DNA of 64,000 bases, taken from contig JAFPWD010000038.1 in the NCBI GenBank assembly GCA_017395105.1, positions 20,795 to 84,794 of the forward strand, given 5' to 3'. The DNA comes from Clostridia bacterium. Its GTDB lineage: Bacteria; Bacillota; Clostridia; Christensenellales; CAG-138. Made by a program: the position numbers and the translations under genes. This document shows, in pieces, positions 1 through 8,824 of this stretch. A model generated the notes under the pieces. The model was not told the DNA's origin and did no database searches. It saw only the letters and a program-made list of their open reading frames with translations. Numbering within the stretch: the stretch's first letter is position 1; the number at the start of each line of letters is the position of its first letter.

Positions 1-43
1 GTATTGGGGCATTTGACTGCGCAAGCGCATCAACTCTTTAGGC

Positions 44-736
44 TCAAAGCTTTCCATTAAGGCATTCGTTCAGCTTGATAAGCGCCCTTTTTTCTATCCT
101 TGAAACATACGATCTCGATATATTCATCATTTTACCCACCTCGCGCTGAGTAAGCGGGATGCCGTTTTCAAGCCCGTACCTAAGGCGTATTATTCTGCGT
201 TCCTGCGCTGTCAGCATGGTATCCACCGCGCTTCTGACGTTTCTTCCGGTCGAATCCGAAATTATCCCTTCGATTATAGGTTCGCTTTCAGCGGGCAGGA
301 TATCCGAGAGCGTTATCTCGTTGCCGTCCCTGTCCGTGCCTATCGGTTCTTCAAGCGGGATATCCGAAAGATGCTTTTTTTCGCTTCTTATAAACATCAG
401 TATCTCATTTTCAATGCATCTTGAAGCATAGCCTGCAAGCGTTCTGCATTTTTCCGCATCAAAAGTGTTTACCGCCTTTATAAGACCTATGGAGCCTATT
501 GATATCAGATCATCGGTGCTTCTTCCTGCAGCGGTGTACTTTTTTGCTATATGGGCAACAAGGCGCAGATTCCGCTCTATCAGCTCGCTTCGCGCTTCCT
601 CATCGCCATCTGAAAGCCTTCCGAGAAGCGCTCTCTCTTCTTCGGGAGAAAGCGGCGGAGGAAAACAGTTTTTCTTAAGCACCGCACCTATGAATACAAA
701 TACACTGTCGATCAATTGGGATATAAAGCTTAACAT
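44..736 (-). CDS. sigK: Sporulation sigma factor SigK (pro-sigma-K), uninterrupted
   Basis: The 230-aa ORF has an N-terminal pro-sequence followed by 'KKNCFPPPLS', matching the B. subtilis pro-SigK 'KNNAFPQPLS'. Region 2 is 'NLRLVAHIAKKY...DLISIGSIGLIKAV...CIENEILM' and region 4.2 is 'ISRSYVSRIEKRAL'. The ATG follows an AAGGG RBS. Confidence 0.85.
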   Translation of the reverse strand: MLSFISQLIDSVFVFIGAVLKKNCFPPPLSPEEERALLGRLSDGDEEARSELIERNLRLVAHIAKKYTAAGRSTDDLISIGSIGLIKAVNTFDAEKCRTLAGYASRCIENEILMFIRSEKKHLSDIPLEEPIGTDRDGNEITLSDILPAESEPIIEGIISDSTGRNVRSAVDTMLTAQERRIIRLRYGLENGIPLTQREVGKMMNISRSYVSRIEKRALIKLNECLNGKL

Positions 737-885
737 CGTTATGCCCTTTCATTATAATTCCGTATTTTTTCTGTCAGACGGCTTGCAAGCACTCCGCGTG
801 CGATATCGGAGCAATAAAATTTATGTTCAATTGCGTCGTAAAATGTCCTATTTGGTCTTAAAAAGTATTCTGAGCGTTAAAAACG

Positions 886-947
886 TTGAAATTTCAAAGA
901 AATTTAAAGATATTTTCGAATTTAAATATTGAAATTTCATGTATAAT
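886..947 (+). promoter_or_regulatory. Two exact copies of the palindrome-containing 11-mer TTGAAATTTCA (886-896, 929-939); the second abuts a TATAAT -10 (942-947) upstream of the Spo0A-like gene
   Basis: Direct reading shows TGAAATTTCA is its own reverse complement. The copies are 43 bp apart, and TATAAT lies 45 nt upstream of the ATG at 993. Confidence 0.35.
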
Positions 948-992
948 GATGTAGAATTCAATTAACTTGTATGCTGTTCAAGGAGAAATGCA

Positions 993-1877
993 ATGATGAA
1001 CTATCAAAAAACCGACTCTCCGCTTTATACAAGGCCGAGTGCGCTCATTATCTTTGATAAACGCAAAGACACCGACACCGGCATGGAGCAGCTCTGTGAG
1101 TGCGAGCGTATTTCGGCCTCCTTACGCAAGCACTTTTCAAAGGCGCCGATAGTTTCAACGGCCGAGGAGATCTGGGAGGAGCTGTTCAGGGAGATACCGG
1201 CGATTATTCTGATTGATCTCAGTATGTCAAGCATCGATTCACTCGGTCTTATACGCAGCTTAAAGTCGAGCAAATTCTGTCTCGATATCAGGTATTTCAT
1301 TCTTTGCAGCAGGATAAACGATTCCGTCAAAAGCTTATGCTCTCAAAATGCCATCGACGGAGCGTTTTCATACGATGAAAGCCCAGATACAATTGCCGAG
1401 CAGGTCTTTGCCAAGTATACGCAGATGCATCCAACCTCCTCCGATCGCAGATTGCGCACTATTTCTCAAATGATAAATGACCATTCGTTCCTGAGCGACC
1501 ATAGAACGGTTTGGGAGCTCGGCTCGAGGATAACCGATGCCCTGCTCGTGCCTCTTGGCTTCGACGTTTCCCACAAGGGAACGAAATATCTTGAATTCGT
1601 TATCTGCCTGAGGGTATTTGGAGCCGAGAAGGATATGAGCAAGCTCTACGTACTTACCGCAGAAAGCTACAGTACCACTCCCGGCGCTGTCGAAAAATCG
1701 ATCAGGTATTCCATAGAACATGCCTGGAGCGGCTCGAGCCCTTATATGCAGTATCGTATGTTCGGCAACACGGTCGACCCGGAAAGGGGAAAGCCTACTG
1801 CTTCGGAATTCGTTGAAACGATAGTCCGGCATACCGTTGAGCGCTTATCCGGCGTGATCGATTACAAGAATTTTTGA
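993..1877 (+). CDS. Spo0A-C-terminal-domain transcription regulator paralogue with a degenerate receiver domain
   Basis: The C-terminus 'GTKYLEFVICL...STTPGAVEKSIRYSIEHAWSG...MFGNTVDPERGKPTASEFVETI' parallels B. subtilis Spo0A 'IKGYLYLREAI...[20 protein letters not shown]...KPTNSEFIAMV'. The N-terminal REC-like region keeps 'LIDLSM' Asp but lacks the conserved Lys and one acidic-pocket Asp. An AAGGAGA RBS is present. Confidence 0.75.
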   Translation: MMNYQKTDSPLYTRPSALIIFDKRKDTDTGMEQLCECERISASLRKHFSKAPIVSTAEEIWEELFREIPAIILIDLSMSSIDSLGLIRSLKSSKFCLDIRYFILCSRINDSVKSLCSQNAIDGAFSYDESPDTIAEQVFAKYTQMHPTSSDRRLRTISQMINDHSFLSDHRTVWELGSRITDALLVPLGFDVSHKGTKYLEFVICLRVFGAEKDMSKLYVLTAESYSTTPGAVEKSIRYSIEHAWSGSSPYMQYRMFGNTVDPERGKPTASEFVETIVRHTVERLSGVIDYKNF

Positions 1878-1903
1878 TTAGGAGTTCTTTGGCGAGGTAA
1901 AGC

Positions 1904-3232
1904 ATGTATATCATTGGCAGAGGCACGCTAATAACTCTGGGGTCGACTCCGCTTCTTGAAAACGGAGCCGTTGCCGTTGACGGCGGAACCATTGTCAACG
2001 TCGGCAAAACGGAACGAATGCTCGAAACCTACCCAAGCGCGGAGTTTATTGACGTGGACGGAGCTGTTATTGCTCCCGGCTTTATCGATATGCATGCGCA
2101 TTCAAGAAACGTCGTTTTCGGCTCGGCCGCGATCCCGCGCTTCCGTCCTGAAGAAAGATTCAGCATGCTTAGAAACTGCCTTTGGCAGCTCGAAAGCAGG
2201 GTGGATCACTCAATTGCATCCGCGCTCGCCTATGCCTTTGCGATAAGAGCCATCAAGAACGGAATAACAACGGTTTTTGAGCAGCATTCGGTGCCCGATC
2301 ATCCGAGCGGAAGCCTTTATTCCATCGCTTCTGTGTTCAGAGAATGCGGGCTTCGAGCCTGCATCGGCTATGACGTGAGTGAAAGATTTGGCTCAAGGAG
2401 AGCCTCGGCTTCCATAAGGGAGAATGCTGAGTTCATAGAGTTTTGCGCAAGCCTCAATATCGAAACAGTAAAACCTGCGTTCGGAATGAACTCTCCGCTT
2501 GAGCTTGGCAATTCAATGCTCGCTGCATGCATCGGAGCAAGCTCGTCGAAAGCGCGCATACATATTCATATTGGTGAAACGCCCGAGGAAAATCTTATAG
2601 CACTGCGCAGATTCGGCTGCTCGCCCATTCAAAAGCTTTTCCAAGTATCCGCCATCAGTGCAGGCTCTCTTTTTCTTTGCGGACCGTTTACCGATAAGGC
2701 AGATCTTGAACTGATAGTTGCAAACGACTGCGCGGCGGTCATCTCGCCCTCTATGGCTTCGCTTTTATCCTGCGCTTACTCATCCGAATTCGAGAAAATG
2801 GCGCTTGAAAGAAAGCTGTGCTTGGGCACGGATTCGCTTTGCGCAGGTATGCTTGAAGCGGCGCGGAATGCCGTTTTTCAGTTCGGCATAAGCGGAATGG
2901 AGAGTTCAAGCATTCTCCTTCCCGCAGTGAATATGCTGTTCTATGCAAATCCCGATGCGGCATCAAGGGTTTTCGGAAGAAGGCTCGGGGTTATTGAGCC
3001 TGGCGCTGCTGCCGATATAATAGCACTCCGCCCGTGCATTCAGCAGCAATTTGAAACCGAAGCCGAGCTGCTCGGATCTTTGATATGGTCGGGCGCAGTA
3101 TGTGAGCTTACCATGGTAAACGGCAGAATACTTATGCGCGGCGGCAAGCTGAGCGAGCTTGACGAAAAGCGAATAGCAAACGATTATTCCGCTGCGGCAT
3201 CAAAACTGCTGTCGGGTATGCTCCACGAATAA
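1904..3232 (+). CDS. Amidohydrolase-superfamily protein (chlorohydrolase/SsnA-like)
   Basis: 442 aa. The N-terminal beta-sandwich is followed by the 'APGFIDMHAHS' metal-binding HxH motif. It also has 'HIHIGE', and late 'GTDS' and 'GAAADII' motifs typical of the metal-dependent hydrolase family. Confidence 0.7.
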   Translation: MYIIGRGTLITLGSTPLLENGAVAVDGGTIVNVGKTERMLETYPSAEFIDVDGAVIAPGFIDMHAHSRNVVFGSAAIPRFRPEERFSMLRNCLWQLESRVDHSIASALAYAFAIRAIKNGITTVFEQHSVPDHPSGSLYSIASVFRECGLRACIGYDVSERFGSRRASASIRENAEFIEFCASLNIETVKPAFGMNSPLELGNSMLAACIGASSSKARIHIHIGETPEENLIALRRFGCSPIQKLFQVSAISAGSLFLCGPFTDKADLELIVANDCAAVISPSMASLLSCAYSSEFEKMALERKLCLGTDSLCAGMLEAARNAVFQFGISGMESSSILLPAVNMLFYANPDAASRVFGRRLGVIEPGAAADIIALRPCIQQQFETEAELLGSLIWSGAVCELTMVNGRILMRGGKLSELDEKRIANDYSAAASKLLSGMLHE

Positions 3233-3266
3233 CGAGAGGAAGTGATAATGTTTGGAGCGGTATTCA

Positions 3267-4676
3267 ATGAGCGAAGGCATCGACTTTGATATGCGGAATG
3301 CCTCATCCTTAAAGCGCTGCGCGGCATTCGTTTATTTCGTATGTTCAACAAGGGAGCAGGCGCAGGAGATGGGAGAGCGGCTCGTTGAATATTCCGCCTC
3401 GATAGGCTTTGATGCATGCGAGGTGTTTTTCGACAGATCGGGTGAGCCGCCTCACGTGCTTGTAAATCTGCTTGATATTTGCCGCGATTTGCCTCAGAGC
3501 GTTATAGTCGCCGAAAGCCGCAGCAGCTTCGCTTCTTCACAAGTCAACCCGCAAGCGATAATGCATTTTGCTTCATCTCACGGCATCAGGATCGTATTTA
3601 AAGCTAAAGATGATGGCGGTTCCGAAACTATTGGCAAATCAGCGACTCGTTATCTGAAATACATAAGCAACTATTACGGCCGTGGCATCTTAAACGACAA
3701 AGCTTCATCCGTTCCTTCCGTGCCCGAGTATCGCCTCGGATCCATCGGAAGGCTTCCTCTTGGGTACTGCGCCGTAAATTCAAAGGTGGAGATTTCGCCA
3801 AGATGCGCCGAAGCCGTTCAAGAAATATTCAAGCTGTTTTCTCAGGGTATCAGCGTTCGTGAGATCGAAAAGCGTGTGAAGGAAAGCTTTGCCGATATAA
3901 GGTGTCCAACAAGGAACCAAATCTATTTTATTATCGATAACAGTCGCTATATCGGATGCGATGACAACGGCGTTGCGCTCCCGCCCATCATTGAGAATCG
4001 GTTGTGGCTTGACGTTCGCGCCGAAGCTTGCAGAAGAGGTCTTGCACCAAAGGAGCATCTGTTTCTGCTCAAGAATCTTTTTTATAAGGATGTTGGAAGA
4101 ATGCATCCCTCCGCATACTGCCGCAGTATCCATGCGCCAGCTTACGTAATTGAAAGCGCAGGAAAGAGCATCTGCATTGATGCCGAAGAGATCGAAGCAC
4201 TGGTGCTCAAATGCGCAGAAAGAATGCTTGCCTCTGATCTTGATGCTGTAGCAGGCATGTGCAGGTCAGCCGCAAAGCAGGCGGCTCATTTCAAAAACGA
4301 GCTTTTAGGAACATTTGAAAAACGCACAGCGCTGATAGATTCTTTCACGGCGCCAATCAGCGATAGCATATCCATGAAAACGATGGTAAAAGGGCTTGAT
4401 CTGATGCGCATAGAGATGAGACTCTCCGAGCTGAACGAGGAATATGAGCGGTATTACCTTGAGCTTCTGTCCAAAACAGATGCTGAAATCGATGAGTTTT
4501 TCCATCGAATGCGGCAGCTTGGCTCGCTCTGCGCTGAGGAAAAAAGGTACTTTCTCAATATTCTGATCAAAGAGATCACCGTGTGCTCCGATGAGATCTG
4601 TATTTGCTGTTTTTCCACGAAGATAAAGCGAATCCATACTCAGCCGAAATTCAGAATGATCCTGAGCGGCCAATAA
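3267..4676 (+). CDS. Large serine recombinase homologue with degenerate catalytic and zinc-ribbon residues
   Basis: The resolvase-like N-terminus is 'AAFVYFVCSTREQ' (compare 'YVRVSTEEQ') and 'AESRSSFAS' (compare 'DPDRLSR'). A clear recombinase domain is present: 'LPLGY...EAVQEIFKLFSQGISVREIEKRV...IYFIIDNSRYIG...PPIIENRLWLDV'. There is a coiled-coil C-terminus. The start is placed at the ATG 9 nt after GGAG; the ORF track starts at TTG 3252. Confidence 0.65.
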   Translation: MSEGIDFDMRNASSLKRCAAFVYFVCSTREQAQEMGERLVEYSASIGFDACEVFFDRSGEPPHVLVNLLDICRDLPQSVIVAESRSSFASSQVNPQAIMHFASSHGIRIVFKAKDDGGSETIGKSATRYLKYISNYYGRGILNDKASSVPSVPEYRLGSIGRLPLGYCAVNSKVEISPRCAEAVQEIFKLFSQGISVREIEKRVKESFADIRCPTRNQIYFIIDNSRYIGCDDNGVALPPIIENRLWLDVRAEACRRGLAPKEHLFLLKNLFYKDVGRMHPSAYCRSIHAPAYVIESAGKSICIDAEEIEALVLKCAERMLASDLDAVAGMCRSAAKQAAHFKNELLGTFEKRTALIDSFTAPISDSISMKTMVKGLDLMRIEMRLSELNEEYERYYLELLSKTDAEIDEFFHRMRQLGSLCAEEKRYFLNILIKEITVCSDEICICCFSTKIKRIHTQPKFRMILSGQ

Positions 4677-4719
4677 TTCATGCGCAATGCTTATTTACAC
4701 CATTATATAGCTTTCTTTC

Positions 4720-4748
4720 TTGCTAAAAACGCACTGTTCATGTATAAT
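4720..4748 (+). promoter_or_regulatory. Sigma-A type promoter for miaB operon (-35 TTGCTA, 17 nt, -10 TATAAT)
   Basis: TTGCTA at 4720-4725 and TATAAT at 4743-4748, with a 17-nt spacer, 31 nt upstream of the miaB start. Confidence 0.5.
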
Positions 4749-4779
4749 ACTCATGTAAATTACCTTAAGGAACGGTACT

Positions 4780-6177
4780 ATGTGCAACACTATATCCAAT
4801 GAAAGCGAAAAAGGCTTTTTTTCCGATGCGATAAACGCCGTCAAAGCAAGAACGGCTAACCTCGCTCTAAAATACTTCATCGAAACTTACGGCTGCCAAA
4901 TGAACGAGCATGACTCCGAAAAGCTTGCCGGTATGCTCAGGGAATGCGGCTATACCAAGGCGGAGTCAAAAAAGGATGCGGATCTTATCCTTTTCAACAC
5001 CTGCTGCGTTCGTGAACATGCCGAAAAGCGCACCTTTGGAAACGTCGGCTTTGTTAAGGAACTTAAGGCGGAGAATCCGCGCCTGATACTTGGCGTTTGC
5101 GGCTGCATGATGCAGCAGAAGGAAGTTGCAAAGCGGCTCTTCGACCGGTTTCCGTTTGTGGATCTTGTTTTCGGAACACACGAGCTCAAGAATTTCCCCG
5201 ACATGCTCCTAAAGGCGCTTGAAGAGAAAAGGGTTTTCCAAATCAGCGAGTCCGACGGCGAGGTCATAGAGGGTCTTCCCGTTGAAAGGGTTGAGGGCTT
5301 CTCCACCTTTGTGAATATTATGTACGGATGCAACAATTTCTGCACCTATTGCATTGTGCCCTACGTTCGCGGCAGGGAGCGCTCAAGAAAAGCCGAGGAC
5401 ATTGTAAACGAAGTTCGCGAGGTCGCAGCTGCGGGCTATAAGGAGATCACCCTGCTCGGTCAGAACGTTAATTCCTACTCGAGCGACGGTTTGGATTTCC
5501 CCGCGCTTTTGAGGCTTGTTTGCCGCGAAGTTCCCGATCTCAAACGCCTTCGCTTCATGACTTCACATCCAAAGGATCTTTCCGATGGGCTTATTCAGGC
5601 TATGTCCGAGCTCGACAATCTTTGCAAGCATATCCATCTGCCCGTTCAGTCGGGAAGCGACCGCATCCTCAAGGCAATGAACAGAAAATACACCTCTGGT
5701 GCATATCTTGAGCTTGTGGATAAGCTTCGCTCCGCTGTTGCAAACGTTGAGATCACGACCGATATCATCGTCGGCTTTCCCGGCGAAACCGAGGCGGATT
5801 TCGAGGCGACCTGCGAGCTCGTTCGCAGGGTGGGGTACAGCAACGCTTACACCTTTGCCTATTCTCCGCGCGGCGGCACGATAGCGGCAAGGATGGAGAA
5901 TCAGATCCCCGAGGATGAAAAAAAGCGCAGGCTGAATACGCTGAATGCTGTGCTCTCCGAAACGATCCCATCGAATAACGATAAGTACATCGGCTTTGAG
6001 GGCGAGATACTCGTTGAAGGCGTGGATCACAGAGGCGATCCGCTCCTATTCGGCAAGCTTTCAAACTTTAAAATGGTATACGTTGAAGGCGATGAAAAGC
6101 TGATCGGCACCTTTGTTCCGGTGAAGGTGGACGGCTATCGCTTCAACTCCCTTTTCGGACATATTATCGATAGGTGA
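4780..6177 (+). CDS. miaB: tRNA-2-methylthio-N6-dimethylallyladenosine synthase (radical SAM methylthiotransferase)
   Basis: It has the 'YFIETYGCQMNEHDSE' UPF0004 domain, the radical SAM 'GCNNFCTYCIVPYVRG' motif and a C-terminal TRAM domain. It sits immediately upstream of mutS. Confidence 0.9.
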   Translation: MCNTISNESEKGFFSDAINAVKARTANLALKYFIETYGCQMNEHDSEKLAGMLRECGYTKAESKKDADLILFNTCCVREHAEKRTFGNVGFVKELKAENPRLILGVCGCMMQQKEVAKRLFDRFPFVDLVFGTHELKNFPDMLLKALEEKRVFQISESDGEVIEGLPVERVEGFSTFVNIMYGCNNFCTYCIVPYVRGRERSRKAEDIVNEVREVAAAGYKEITLLGQNVNSYSSDGLDFPALLRLVCREVPDLKRLRFMTSHPKDLSDGLIQAMSELDNLCKHIHLPVQSGSDRILKAMNRKYTSGAYLELVDKLRSAVANVEITTDIIVGFPGETEADFEATCELVRRVGYSNAYTFAYSPRGGTIAARMENQIPEDEKKRRLNTLNAVLSETIPSNNDKYIGFEGEILVEGVDHRGDPLLFGKLSNFKMVYVEGDEKLIGTFVPVKVDGYRFNSLFGHIIDR

Positions 6178-6181
6178 TTCT

Positions 6182-8824
6182 ATGGCTTCTTTAACCCCGA
6201 TGATGCGCCAATACCTCGAGCTGAAGGAAAAATACAGTGATTGTTTGCTGTTTTTCCGCCTCGGCGATTTTTATGAAATGTTCTTTGACGATGCTGTGTG
6301 CGCGTCAAAGGAGCTTGAGCTTACCCTAACGGGTCGCGACTGCGGCCTTCCCGAGCGCGCCCCGATGTGCGGCGTTCCGTATCATTCGGTAAATACCTAT
6401 ATCACGAGGCTCATTCAAAAGGGCTACAAGGTGGCTATCTGCGAGCAGATAACCGACCCCGCGCTCTCAAACGGACTTGTGGAGCGGGACGTTATCAGGG
6501 TCATCACGCCCGGAACCGTGATCGAGGAGCAGATGCTCGACGAAAGGCAAAACAACTATATTGCTGCTGTCTCCGTGCTCGAGAAGGCGGGCAAGAGCGA
6601 GTATTCGCTATCGTATTGCGACGTTTCGACCGGCGAATTCTACACGATGAGCATCGTGGGCTCCAACGCTTCAAACGAGCTTTTCAACGAGCTTTCGCGC
6701 ATCTCTCCACGGGAGCTGATAGTGGGCGAGGGCGTTTTTGCAAACGAGCTTCTTGCCAAGCGCATAAAGAGCAAATTCTACGTTGAACAGCAGGATAAGC
6801 GCGCCTTCGATATTCAAAGAGCGCAGCAGAGGCTGACTGCCCATTTCGGCGTTGCAACGCTCTCCGGCTTTGGCATCAAGGATAACTCCTTCGATGTTTC
6901 CTCTCCCGGCGCACTGCTTCGCTATCTCGAGGAAACGCAGAAAAACGCGCTTTCGCATATAAAGCGCATAGTTCGGCTCATCGGAAGCGAGTATATGTCG
7001 CTCGATGCTTCCACGCGCCTCAATCTTGAGCTGACCGACCCAATACGGTTTGACGGAAACAGAAAATTCACACTGCTGAGCGTTCTTGATAAAACCGAAA
7101 CCGCGATGGGCAGCAGGCTTCTGCGCCGCTGGATCGAGCAGCCGCTTCAAAATGAAACCGCCATCAACGAGCGCCTTGACTCGGTGGATGCCATTTTTAT
7201 GGCTGCAGCCGAGCGCGAGCTGCTTTGCAATACGCTTTCCAAGGTTTATGATATCGAGCGTCTTTCAAGCCGCATTGCATACGGCACGGTCACTCCAAGG
7301 GACTGCATCGCGCTTTCAAACACTCTCTCGGTCATCCCCGAGCTTCTTATGATAACGCTTAGCTTCAAGAAGCAGAGGACTGCATATATCGCCGATAACC
7401 TCGATTCGATGGACGATATTAACAAGCTTCTTCTTGCTGCCATATCTCCCGACGCCCCCGTTTCCGCAAAGGACGGCGGCGTTATAAGAGCGGGCTACAG
7501 CAGCGAGATTGATGAGCTTCGCGACTTCGCCGAGAACGGCGAAAAATGGATAAAGGGCTTTGAGGCCTCCGAAAAAGAGCGCACCGGCATCAAGACTCTC
7601 AAGGTCGGCTACAACCGAGTGTTCGGCTATTATATTGAGGTTTCAAAATCCTTCGTTGGCAGTGTGCCGCTCGATTATCAGCGCAAGCAAACGCTTGCAA
7701 ACGCGGAAAGATACGTCACCCCTCAGCTTAAGGAAACCGAAGAAAAGCTTCTCGGCGCTAAGGAGCGCTGCCTCTCGCTTGAGTACAAGCTGTTTACCGA
7801 GATACGCGAAAAGCTTCTTACCTGTCTTGACAGGCTCAAAAAGAATTCGGAGCTCATTGCGGAGCTCGATGCGCTCTGCTCGTTTGCTAAGGTCGCCTCA
7901 TCAAACAACTACTGCCGCCCGAAGATAAACACCGCAGGGAAGATCTCGATAAAGGACGGCAGGCATCCCGTTGTGGAGCTGAGCATGAAGGATTCCTTTA
8001 TCCCCAATTCTACCGAGATGAATATGAGTTCGGACAGGCTGATAATCCTGACCGGCCCGAATATGGCAGGAAAAAGCACCTATATGCGGCAGGTAGCTTT
8101 GATAACTCTGATGGCGCATATAGGCTCGTTCGTTCCCGCTAAAAGCGCGAATATTGCGATAACTGACCGCATCTTTACCCGAGTCGGCGCATCCGACAGC
8201 CTGTCTACCGGGCAGAGCACCTTCATGGTTGAGATGAGCGAGATGGCAAACATACTCAATAATGCCACGAAGCGAAGCCTGCTGATACTCGATGAGATAG
8301 GCAGGGGAACCAGCACCTTCGACGGACTCAGCATAGCGTGGGCCGTGCTCGAGCATATTTCGGATACCTATAAATGCGGCGCAAAGGCGCTGTTTGCAAC
8401 GCATTACCACGAGCTGACCGAGCTTGAAGGCAAGCTCGACGGCGTTAAAAACTACCGCATCTCCGTTAAAGAGATGGGGGATACGATTATCTTCTTAAGA
8501 AAGATAGTCCGAGGCGGCGCGGACAAGAGCTTCGGCATTCAGGTTGCCAAGCTTGCAGGACTTCCCGATCAGCTGATAGAGCGCGCGAAATGCATTCTCG
8601 CCGAGCTTGAGGAATCCGACGTTGCAAGGGCGGCATCGCGTGTCGCACCCGAAAAAACGGACGAACAGGTAAGCCTGCTTGCGCCTGTGAACGGTGCGGA
8701 AACGAGTGACAGCGAAGCTTCCATAGTTTATGACCTTTCCAGAATGGACGTTGAGCGCATGACTCCGCTTGAGGCGCTCGCAAAGCTATATGAGATCAGT
8801 ACAAGGGCAAAGATACTTCAATGA
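6182..8824 (+). CDS. mutS: DNA mismatch repair protein MutS
   Basis: 880 aa. It has 'TPMMRQYLELKEKY...FFRLGDFYEMFFDDA', Walker A 'GPNMAGKSTYMRQ', 'STFMVEMSE' and 'DEIGRGTSTFDG'. Confidence 0.97.
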   Translation: MASLTPMMRQYLELKEKYSDCLLFFRLGDFYEMFFDDAVCASKELELTLTGRDCGLPERAPMCGVPYHSVNTYITRLIQKGYKVAICEQITDPALSNGLVERDVIRVITPGTVIEEQMLDERQNNYIAAVSVLEKAGKSEYSLSYCDVSTGEFYTMSIVGSNASNELFNELSRISPRELIVGEGVFANELLAKRIKSKFYVEQQDKRAFDIQRAQQRLTAHFGVATLSGFGIKDNSFDVSSPGALLRYLEETQKNALSHIKRIVRLIGSEYMSLDASTRLNLELTDPIRFDGNRKFTLLSVLDKTETAMGSRLLRRWIEQPLQNETAINERLDSVDAIFMAAAERELLCNTLSKVYDIERLSSRIAYGTVTPRDCIALSNTLSVIPELLMITLSFKKQRTAYIADNLDSMDDINKLLLAAISPDAPVSAKDGGVIRAGYSSEIDELRDFAENGEKWIKGFEASEKERTGIKTLKVGYNRVFGYYIEVSKSFVGSVPLDYQRKQTLANAERYVTPQLKETEEKLLGAKERCLSLEYKLFTEIREKLLTCLDRLKKNSELIAELDALCSFAKVASSNNYCRPKINTAGKISIKDGRHPVVELSMKDSFIPNSTEMNMSSDRLIILTGPNMAGKSTYMRQVALITLMAHIGSFVPAKSANIAITDRIFTRVGASDSLSTGQSTFMVEMSEMANILNNATKRSLLILDEIGRGTSTFDGLSIAWAVLEHISDTYKCGAKALFATHYHELTELEGKLDGVKNYRISVKEMGDTIIFLRKIVRGGADKSFGIQVAKLAGLPDQLIERAKCILAELEESDVARAASRVAPEKTDEQVSLLAPVNGAETSDSEASIVYDLSRMDVERMTPLEALAKLYEISTRAKILQ

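Noticed and set aside
44-736. Possibility that sigK is split by a skin-like element, given the nearby serine recombinase homologue
   Set aside because: Regions 2 through 4.2 are contiguous in a single 230-aa ORF, so there is no interruption within the window.
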